A stretch of 32,000 nt of DNA from Labilithrix sp. GTDB lineage: Bacteria; Myxococcota_A; Polyangia; Polyangiales; Polyangiaceae. The notes below the pieces were generated by a model. That model saw only the letters and a list, made by a program, of their open reading frames with translations, had not been told where the DNA came from and searched no databases. Positions 1 through 6,927 of this stretch are shown in pieces. Location: positions 1 to 32,000 of the forward strand of contig JBGAFW010000082.1 of NCBI GenBank assembly GCA_044227045.1, written 5' to 3'. How positions within the stretch are numbered: position 1 is the stretch's first letter; each line of letters starts with the position of its first letter. The position numbers and the translations under genes are program-made.

Positions 1-686
1 GTGGGGCACGTCGTGGCGGAGACGTAGAGGAAGTTGTTGAACGTCGTGTCGGTCGTGACGACCTGCATCGAGCCTGTCTTGTGCGCGACGACCTTGAACA
101 CGCGATCGGCTCCGGCCGCGCCGCTCGTCGGCACGTCGCCGGTCGCGCTGCCGCAGGTGGTCTTGACGGAGTGATTGCCTGCGCCCGAGTTCGTCGAGCT
201 CAAGGTCGGCTTGTGCGTGCCGCCCCAGACGTGGACCTCGAGGCCAGGGCATGAGTTCGAGGCGAGGGGAGTCGTGCCCGAGAGCTTGCACGACGTATCG
301 CAGCCGTCGTTCGGATCGCCGTTCTTGTCGTCGCAGTCTTCGCCGTTCTGGACGATGCCGTCGCCGCACGAGCCGTTCGGATCAGGCCCCGAGTCCAGCG
401 GCTTCTCCGAGCCTGCGTCTTGGTCGATCGGATCGCCCGGGCCGGGATCACCGGGCTCGAGCGGTCCTTCGGGGTTGGTGGACGACTCACACGGCTCGCA
501 CGGCCCGAACGACGCAGCGTCCTCTTTGCAAAGCTTCGTCCCTTCTTGCCGATCCTGGCAGCGACAGAACACGTACGCGCCGGGCGTGCACAGTTTGTCT
601 TGCTTCGTCGCGGTCGCTTGCGACGAGCACGCGATGATGCCGGCGAGGAGAAGAAGCGAGCAAGCGGCGAGCGTGCGAAGCGTCAT
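1..686 (-). CDS. Cys-rich secreted lipoprotein, N-terminal part only (gene runs off the window start); paralogue of 741..1994
   Basis: My own minus-strand translation from ATG 686..684 gives MTLRTLAACSLLLLAGIIAC/SSQATATKQDKLCTPGAYVFCRCQDRQEGTKLCKEDAASFGPCEPCE...SCGDGIVQNGEDCDDKNGDPNDGCDTSCK..., with no stop down to position 1. It has a signal peptide with a lipobox-like Cys. The block LCTPGAYVFCRC.DR.EGTKLCK is nearly identical to the neighbouring gene. It is absent from the ORF track because no stop codon lies inside the window. Confidence 0.7.
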   Translation of the reverse strand, partial: MTLRTLAACSLLLLAGIIACSSQATATKQDKLCTPGAYVFCRCQDRQEGTKLCKEDAASFGPCEPCESSTNPEGPLEPGDPGPGDPIDQDAGSEKPLDSGPDPNGSCGDGIVQNGEDCDDKNGDPNDGCDTSCKLSGTTPLASNSCPGLEVHVWGGTHKPTLSSTNSGAGNHSVKTTCGSATGDVPTSGAAGADRVFKVVAHKTGSMQVVTTDTTFNNFLYVSATTCP

Positions 687-740
687 GGAATTAAAGTCGG
701 TCTCGGTCGTGGGGTGCTGCGTACTGCGGACCAACCGACA

Positions 741-1994
741 TTATTGCAGCTTGAAGCTGATCGTGTAGTCGCCTTTGTTGCTGGTGATGCCGCCGCCGTC
801 GACGGCGACGAAGATCTTCTGATTTGCCGCCGCCGCGATGGTCATCGTCTCGACCGCCCCCGTGCTGCCGTCGTTCTTGCAGGTGGTCGTCGTCGCCGCG
901 TCCGCGCACGAGCTGCGCGCCGACAGCATGAAATTGGGCTTCGTCCCCGTGCCGGTCGGCGTCACGGTGACCGTGATTGTCCCGTTCGAGTGAGGCGTGA
1001 TCCCGTAGACGTGGTCTTGGTAGTTGTTCGTTCCGGTCTCATCGCAGGTCTGGTCGGGGCCGTTCCACGCGTTGCCGTAGCCGGCCGCCGTCGTCGAGCC
1101 GGTGCCCGTGATCGTCGTGCCCGCCCAGAGATCCACCGACTGACCGGGGCAGCTCGCGCCCGTCGTCGGGTTGCCGTCGATGTGCTTGCAGTCGTTTCCG
1201 CATCCGTCGCCGTCGACCTTGTTGCCGTCGTCACAGGCTTCGCCGGAGTCGATCTTGCCGTCGCCGCAGAAGGCGCCGGTGGTGAGCCTCGCGGTGACGG
1301 CGTACTTGCCGACGGTCGACGAGGCGCCGTCGACGACGAGGAAGTAGTCCTTGCCCGTCACGACGTTGACCTTGGCTTGCGCGAGTTGGTTCGGGCCGGG
1401 CGGTCCGCACGTCACTTGCGACTCCTTGTCGTCGCAGGTCGTGCGGATGTACGCGAGCGGGTTCATCGCGCCGATGCCTTGCACCTTCACCTCGAGCGAG
1501 CCGCTGCCGGACGGGATGAGGTGATAGACGTGATCGTTGGCGCCGGTTCCGACGGCGCATGCGCCTGTCTTGCCCGCGCGATCGTTCTTGGCGGAGGTCG
1601 TGTCGCCTTCCCATTTGACGTCCACGCCAGGCTGAATCGCGGTCGACTTGCCGGGGCATGACTCGATCGCGCCGGGCGGATCGGGCGTCTGGTTGTTGTT
1701 GTTCGGGTTCTCGCCGGTCGGGTTCGGCACTTCGGTGTTGGTCTGCGGGTCGGGGATCTCACCGCCGACGCACTCGCCGTCCGCGTTCGTCCCGCACGCT
1801 TCGAACGACTTGCCGTCCGCTTTGCAGAGCTTCGTGCCTTCGGTGCGGTCTGCGCATCGGCAGAAGACGTAGGCGCCTGGGGTGCAGAGGCGATCCTCTT
1901 TGGTCGCGCTGTTGTCGCCGCCGATGCATCCCTGCGTCGCGATGAAGAGAGACACCACGGACATTGCCGAGACCAAAATGCTTCCGAGCCTCAT
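741..1994 (-). CDS. Secreted (lipo)protein with a myxobacterial Cys-rich repeat and two PPC-like beta-sandwich segments
   Basis: The ORF-track frame is 741..2222. I place the start at ATG 1994..1992 (MRLGSILVSAMSVVSLFIATQGC...), which overlaps the upstream stop as ATGA. CGDGKIDSGEACDDGNKVDGDGCGNDCK matches the myxobacterial disulfide repeat (TIGR02232/DUF4215 type). Two segments (DHVYHLIPSGSGSLEVKVQG..., DHVYGITPHSNGTITVTVTP...GDYTISFKLQ) resemble pre-peptidase C-terminal domains. Confidence 0.8.
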   Translation of the reverse strand: MRLGSILVSAMSVVSLFIATQGCIGGDNSATKEDRLCTPGAYVFCRCADRTEGTKLCKADGKSFEACGTNADGECVGGEIPDPQTNTEVPNPTGENPNNNNQTPDPPGAIESCPGKSTAIQPGVDVKWEGDTTSAKNDRAGKTGACAVGTGANDHVYHLIPSGSGSLEVKVQGIGAMNPLAYIRTTCDDKESQVTCGPPGPNQLAQAKVNVVTGKDYFLVVDGASSTVGKYAVTARLTTGAFCGDGKIDSGEACDDGNKVDGDGCGNDCKHIDGNPTTGASCPGQSVDLWAGTTITGTGSTTAAGYGNAWNGPDQTCDETGTNNYQDHVYGITPHSNGTITVTVTPTGTGTKPNFMLSARSSCADAATTTTCKNDGSTGAVETMTIAAAANQKIFVAVDGGGITSNKGDYTISFKLQ

Positions 1995-2989
1995 CACACT
2001 TCTCCTCCCAGAGTTGCGTTTCGTCCACACTCGTCTTTTGCGTTCTTGCGCGCTGGAGCCGCGCGCCGCCGCGTCGCGCGCACCAGGATGCCCGCCGCGA
2101 GGAACATCCCGACCGCGCCAAAGGAGAGCGCGCTGGTGTTGCCCGGCTGCACCGAGCAGAGGCCGGTCTTCTCGGGATCGTCGCACGACCCGCTGAAGCC
2201 GCCACGAGGCGTCGTGTTGCACGCCGCGGTGCTGGTCGACGGATAGATCGCGCAGACGGCCTCGACGTCGTCGTCGGTGAGCTTTCGCTGCGCGAGCGAG
2301 CCCGGCGAGTACGACGCGAACATGACCGCGTCGGGGTTCGGCGAGTGCGCGATGCCGATGAAGTGACCGACCTCGTGCGTGAGGATGGCTTGGAGGTCGT
2401 AGTCGACCTTGGCGGGGTCATCGGTGATCGTCACGGTGTTGTTGGCCGTGTTCACCTCGATGTCCGCGTCGTAGATCTCTCCGGTGTCGTCGTTGTACGT
2501 GACGCTCGTCTTCGCGAGCGTCCCGTCGATGCCGCGATACTTCCAGTTGTCGTCCTGAAAGAGGACGACGTTAACGTTCGGGCCCGTCTTGTTGTATTCG
2601 CTCTTCTTGCACGAGATCGGCTCGAGCTCTTGAAAGGTCATCTTCGCCGTCGTGCCGTCGGGGCACTGCACGTCGCTCCAGGCGAGGAACGTCTTCTTGA
2701 TGACGGCGCGGGTGTCGCTCGGATCCAAATCCTGCGTGCCGAGCTTGTTGGTCGCGTAGCTGATACACGACGTCGGCCAGAACAGCTTCGCGCCCGACGC
2801 CGGGCAGCTATCTTCGTCGGTCGGGCACTCCTTGGTCGCGGTCGAGCGGCAGGTCGTCGAACGACAGAACGCGCTCGCCTCGCTCACGAACGCGAGCGAC
2901 ACGCCAAGCATCGCCACGCCGACCGCGAGAGGTCGACCGAGGCGGAGACCCCGCCCGAGGCGTGCTGTGAGCTTTGACGAGCGGCCCAT
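1994..2989 (-). CDS. Matrixin-like (M10-type) zinc metalloprotease with a MYXO-CTERM-like C-terminal sorting signal
   Basis: HEVGHFIGIAH is the HExxHxxGxxH zincin motif, followed by a Met-turn candidate (DAVMFASY). The signal peptide is MGRSSKLTARLGRGLRLGRPLAVGVAMLGVSLAFVSEASA, starting at ATG 2989 (the ORF-track start 3034 is also possible). The C-terminus GLCSVQPGNTSALSFGAVGMFLAAGILVRATRRR has the Cys/hydrophobic/Arg-cluster layout of MYXO-CTERM. Confidence 0.85.
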   Translation of the reverse strand: MGRSSKLTARLGRGLRLGRPLAVGVAMLGVSLAFVSEASAFCRSTTCRSTATKECPTDEDSCPASGAKLFWPTSCISYATNKLGTQDLDPSDTRAVIKKTFLAWSDVQCPDGTTAKMTFQELEPISCKKSEYNKTGPNVNVVLFQDDNWKYRGIDGTLAKTSVTYNDDTGEIYDADIEVNTANNTVTITDDPAKVDYDLQAILTHEVGHFIGIAHSPNPDAVMFASYSPGSLAQRKLTDDDVEAVCAIYPSTSTAACNTTPRGGFSGSCDDPEKTGLCSVQPGNTSALSFGAVGMFLAAGILVRATRRRAAPARKNAKDECGRNATLGGEV

Positions 2990-3298
2990 GTTCCCAGCAA
3001 GTTCCGCTGCACGACCGATGCCAGTGTAGGACAAGGTGCGTCAGTGATGGTACCCCGATAAAACAGGGCGGCGCGAAGGCTGGGCTCGAGCGATCCGCGA
3101 CCCATGGAGTCATGGCTGGTGCAGCCCCGATCCACCGCGACGCGGCCGCCAGACCCCTTTTCGCGCATCTCTTGGGCGGGCGCGCGCCTTTGGTCCAGCT
3201 ACCCACCGTGGTTGAGGGTGGACGCCCGAGCTCGAAGTCTACGGGCGTCCGGCTTCGCGCGGTTGCACGTCGTCCCGAGCCCCGCCCTCTCCGCACAG

Positions 3299-3365
3299 GC
3301 GCCGCGCGAAGAAGGCGCCGCGCGAAGAAGCGCCGCGCGAAGAAGCGCCGCGCGAAGAAGGCGCC
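3299..3365. repeat. Tandem repeat, about 4.3 copies of a 15-16-nt unit GCGCCGCGCGAAGAAG
   Basis: Read directly from the sequence: copies at 3299-3314, 3315-3330, 3331-3345 and 3346-3360, plus a partial copy. It lies in the ~0.9-kb divergent intergenic region. Confidence 0.9.
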
Positions 3366-3950
3366 ATGGGCTCGCGGGATCGCGCGAAGAAACATGAAGA
3401 ACAAAAAGAAGAAGGTTGCGAAGCCAGGCTCTTGGCGACGCAACCTTGGAAAAGCGGAGCAGGAGCACGGAAGCGGCCAAGCCCACGATCTCGTGAGGCG
3501 CGAACCGTTGCAAGCTCGAACGGACAACCGATCAAAGCGCGCGCACGAACGAACGATGACGTGATCAAGGCCACCGGCTCAGATGGCGATTGCATCACGC
3601 GTTCGTTCGTCGGTCGTTCTCTGATCGTTCGTCTCGATCGTCGCGTGCAAAGCTGAGTGGTTCGTGCCGTGAGACCGCGAAGAAGCGAGCGTCGAGTGAC
3701 TCAACTAGTCTCCGCAGAAAAATTAGCCATCGAGGGCGACGAAAATAACGCCGAGGAGAGGGGGAGCGGTGAGGCGTTAGCCTCGCCGCCATCGATGTCT
3801 GCTTGGAGTACTTGCTGGAGCTGTGCCGTCGTCGAGAGCCGTTCGCGCGACGCGAAGTGATGGGCCGACCACGCATGCCAAGGAACGCTCCCATGAAGAA
3901 ACACCGAGAGAAGCCGGGTGTGCCTTCGACTCGCGAAAAGCTGCTGAGTA

Positions 3951-4532
3951 TTGGTCTCAGGGATCATGAATGCTCAGGAGCCTGGTCGCCTTTTGCTCGG
4001 TCGGTCTACGATGACGATCATGGACGTTGTCGTCGTGCCACCGTCTTCCAAACGATTTGCGCGATTTGCGTCATCGAGCAGCGCACGAAGCTTGCCGATC
4101 ACGCCGTCCGCGCCGTCCGCGCCGTCCGCCGCCGCGCTCTCCATCGTGCTGATGCTGGCATCCACCAGCGCCTGCAGCCGAACGTCCTCGACGGACGCGA
4201 CCTCGAACGATGATGCGAGCCGAGCAACATCGACGACGCAGTCACCCTCACGCGTCGGCTCGTGCGACCGTGTAGTCGCAACGGGGACGTGCTCCGAGTA
4301 CACGGGCACCTACCTCGCCCAGAACGAAGTGCTCCTCACGTCCACGTGCGCCAAGCTCGGCGGCACGTGGGTCTACGCCGAGTGCCCAAACACCTCGGTC
4401 GTCGGCAAGTGCTCGCTCTCGACGACCGAGGTGCGCAAGTTCTACGGAACGGGCGCCGCCTCCTACGAGCCCGACAAGGCAAAGACCGAGTGCGAGACCT
4501 CGTTCCGCGGCACGTGGCAAGTCCACCGCTGA
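3951..4532 (+). CDS. Hypothetical small Cys-containing secreted/lipoprotein (start uncertain)
   Basis: ORF-track entry. It has a hydrophobic stretch ending in Cys (AALSIVLMLASTSAC) and then a compact Cys-containing domain (CDRVVATGTCSEYTG...CAKLGGTWVYAECPNTSVVGKCS...ECETSFRGTWQVHR). The competing antisense ORF 3974..4309 is less protein-like. Confidence 0.5.
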   Translation: MVSGIMNAQEPGRLLLGRSTMTIMDVVVVPPSSKRFARFASSSSARSLPITPSAPSAPSAAALSIVLMLASTSACSRTSSTDATSNDDASRATSTTQSPSRVGSCDRVVATGTCSEYTGTYLAQNEVLLTSTCAKLGGTWVYAECPNTSVVGKCSLSTTEVRKFYGTGAASYEPDKAKTECETSFRGTWQVHR

Positions 4533-4564
4533 ATGTGCCGCAGACGCCGAGAGAGCGCGGCACC

Positions 4565-5880
4565 GCTTCAACAAATGGCCGCGAAGCACCTTGGTCGACC
4601 AAGGTGACTCAAGCGAGCTCGCGGCACCCTTTTCAACAAATGTGTTCGTCGATTGGAGGTAAGCGTTCAGTCAAACGCGTACACGATAGCGACTGCCGAT
4701 CAGCCGCGCGCGTCAAGCGTGAGCCGGCGGAAGACGTTCGCGTTGAGGAGAGCGTGGACCTCGTTCAGCACGGAGGTCTTCTTCCATTCGCGAGCTCGAG
4801 CAGGCGGTGCGATGGCCACTTCGTCGATTGGAGCGGTGGCTCGCCGCTCGGTCGGGCGGCCACCGAGGTCACGCGCCGGACTCGTCGCCGGAGGAGCCGG
4901 ACGTGAAGCACCTTGGTTGACCAAGGTGAAACGGCGAGAGCTACCCTTTTCAACAAGTGTGATCCTCGATGCGGGTGGCACGCACGCTCGGCCGGGCGGC
5001 CACCGAGGTCACGCGCCGGACTCGTCGCCGGAGGAGCACGATGGACGCCGAGCACCTTGGTTGACCAAGGTGGTTTCGAAGTCGAGAGATCGCGGCACCG
5101 TTTTCAACAAGTGTGTTCGTCGAGTCGATCACGCGGGCCCGCGACGTCGCGTGCCAGATTCTCGCCAGACCACAACGGACGCTGAACACCCAAGGTAGCC
5201 GCCTTCTCAACAAGTGAGCTCGTACACGCGAGTGGCACGCCGCTCGGTCAGGCGGCCACCGCCATCACGCGTGAAGCACCTTGGTTGACCAAGGTAGCTC
5301 TGCACGTCGAGAGCTCGCGGGACGCTTCTCAACAAGAGGGTTCACCCTGCGGGTGGCACGCCGCACGGTCGGGCGGCCACGCGCGCCGCATGAAGCACTT
5401 TGGTTGACCAAGGTAGCTCTGCATGTCGAGGGCGAGGACGGCATACTCTTCAACAAGTGTGTTCGTCGATGATCATGCGGGTGGCACGCCGCTCGGTCGG
5501 GCGGCCACGCGGCCGCGTGAAGCACCTTGGTTGACCAAGGTAGCTGCACGTCGAGCGCGAGGAACGGCGATCTTTCTCAACAAGTGTGTTCGTGCCCGCA
5601 CGATCGAATCGGCGCGATCATCGTCCGGTCGCGCGCGAACGCGGTAAGCGTTCGGTCAAACGCGTACACGATAGCGACTGCCGATCAGCCGCACGCGAAC
5701 GCGTGAAGCACCTTGGTTGACGTAGCTCCGAACGTCGAGCGTCGCGCGCCATCACGAACGCGTGAAGCACCTTGGTTGACCAAGGTGGATCGCGCTCGAC
5801 GTTCGGCGGACGCAACCCTTCTCGACAAGTGCGTTCGTGATCGTGCGGGTGGCACGTCGCTCGCGAGCTCGGTCACGGTG
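4565..5880. repeat. Mosaic tandem array of 8-9 units of about 120-147 bp, each carrying a 20-bp palindrome plus two further conserved modules
   Basis: Module P is (GT)GAAGCACCTTGGT(T/C)GACCAAGGT(G/A), at 4583, 4903, 5050, 5271, 5391, 5517 and 5762, with truncated copies at 5183 and 5703. Module B is C(C/T)TTTCAACAAGTGTGTTCGTCGA, at about 4628, 4944, 5098, 5201, 5324, 5446, 5571 and 5816. Module C is GCGGGTGGCACGCCGCTCGGTCGGGCGGCCAC, at about 4834, 4971, 5231, 5349, 5477 and 5845. A 50-nt module (4658-4707 and 5643-5692) matches at 49/50. A block of at least 41 nt is identical at 4857-4897 and 4997-5037. No ORF is consistent across the units. Confidence 0.9.
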
Positions 5881-6015
5881 ATTGCGATCGTCGGCGACGT
5901 TCGTGCGATCGCGTTGCGCGGTCGGTGGGAGAAAGTGGAAGGGAAGGGTCGCAACGGTTGAAACGAGCGCTTTGGCGCTGCAGGCTTCGGTGGCTACGTG
6001 CAAGGAGGACGCGAC

Positions 6016-6726
6016 ATGGCAGACGGGCTCGTTTCGGCGAAGGAGCTTGCAGCGAAGAGGAAACCGCGGTTCGCGCGCGAGAGGTCCGCGTATGCGAAGG
6101 CTCGAGAGGCGCTGTTGGCGGAGGAGATCGAGGTGCGCCGGCATCTCGGGCGGCTTGCGCGACAGAACCGTGAGCTGCCCGAAGGGCCTGAGATGCCCGA
6201 CCACTGGAAGCTCATCGGAATGAACGGCGCGGAGGTTCGGCTCGCCGACATGTTTGGCCAGCACGACACGCTGGTCCTCTACCACTGGATGTTCGGTCCC
6301 GAGCGCAATCGACCTTGTCCGATGTGCACGAACCTCCTCGGGCCACTCGCCGCCAACGCCGCCGATCTCCAGCAGCATGTCGCGCTCGCGGTGGTGTCAC
6401 GCTCGAAGGTCGAGCGCATGGTCGCCTTCGGTATCGAACGTGGTTGGCGTGACCTGCCGTACTACCAGACCGTGTCCGATGAGCTGTCGGTCGCGATCGG
6501 AGGGCTCGATCCGGAGACGAAAGCGGAGGTGCCCGTGCTCATGGTGCTTCGGAAGAAGGGCGACACCGTACGCTTGCACTGGATGGGCGAGACGACGCTC
6601 GAGATGGCCGATCCGGGCGAGGACCCGCGCGGCGCCGTCGACCTCGCGCCGCTCTGGAACTACCTCGATCTCACGCCGGCGGGGCGCGACCCGAAATGGT
6701 ACCCGCGCCTCTCGTACGGTCCGTAG
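6016..6726 (+). CDS. DUF899-family thioredoxin-fold protein
   Basis: LVLYHWMFGP....CPMC...VSRS...GW..LPYY...LDLTPAGRDP.WYPRLSY follows the DUF899 (PF05988) pattern. ATG 6016 sits about 7 nt downstream of AAGGAGG (6002-6008). The ORF-track start is 5998. Confidence 0.8.
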   Translation: MADGLVSAKELAAKRKPRFARERSAYAKAREALLAEEIEVRRHLGRLARQNRELPEGPEMPDHWKLIGMNGAEVRLADMFGQHDTLVLYHWMFGPERNRPCPMCTNLLGPLAANAADLQQHVALAVVSRSKVERMVAFGIERGWRDLPYYQTVSDELSVAIGGLDPETKAEVPVLMVLRKKGDTVRLHWMGETTLEMADPGEDPRGAVDLAPLWNYLDLTPAGRDPKWYPRLSYGP

Positions 6727-6765
6727 CGCACCGACGTCAGGATCCAACTCGCGAACGGCCAACCT

Positions 6766-6898
6766 CGCGGATGGCCGCGGATGGCCGACCGACCGACGGC
6801 CGACGGGTGATCACCGTCCGCCTGCTCCGCCGCCGCCGACCGCTGACCGTCCGACCGTCCGACCGTCCGACCGTCCGACCCGCACGCACGCACGCACG
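6766..6898. repeat. Simple-sequence tract: GATGGCCG x2, GACCGTCC x4 (6845-6876), CGCA x4 (6881-6898)
   Basis: Read directly from the sequence. It lies between the convergent stops of 6016..6726 (+) and 6928..9141 (-). Confidence 0.85.
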
Positions 6899-6927
6899 GT
6901 CACTCGCCGCTCACGCGGCTTGCTGGC

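Noticed and set aside
3974-4309. 111-aa minus-strand ORF competing with 3951..4532 (+)
   Set aside because: The plus-strand product has a hydrophobic leader ending in Cys and a compact Cys-containing C-terminal domain extending beyond the overlap. The minus ORF has no start context or motif. The choice remains uncertain.
4565-5880. Coding repeat (the palindrome translates as EAPWLTKV or PWSTKVLH in several short ORFs) or sigma-54 promoters (TGGCAC in module C)
   Set aside because: Unit lengths vary out of frame and every ORF is short and unit-specific. The -12 element after TGGCACG-N4 is TCGG or CTCG instead of TTGC, so a sigma-54 promoter is not supported.
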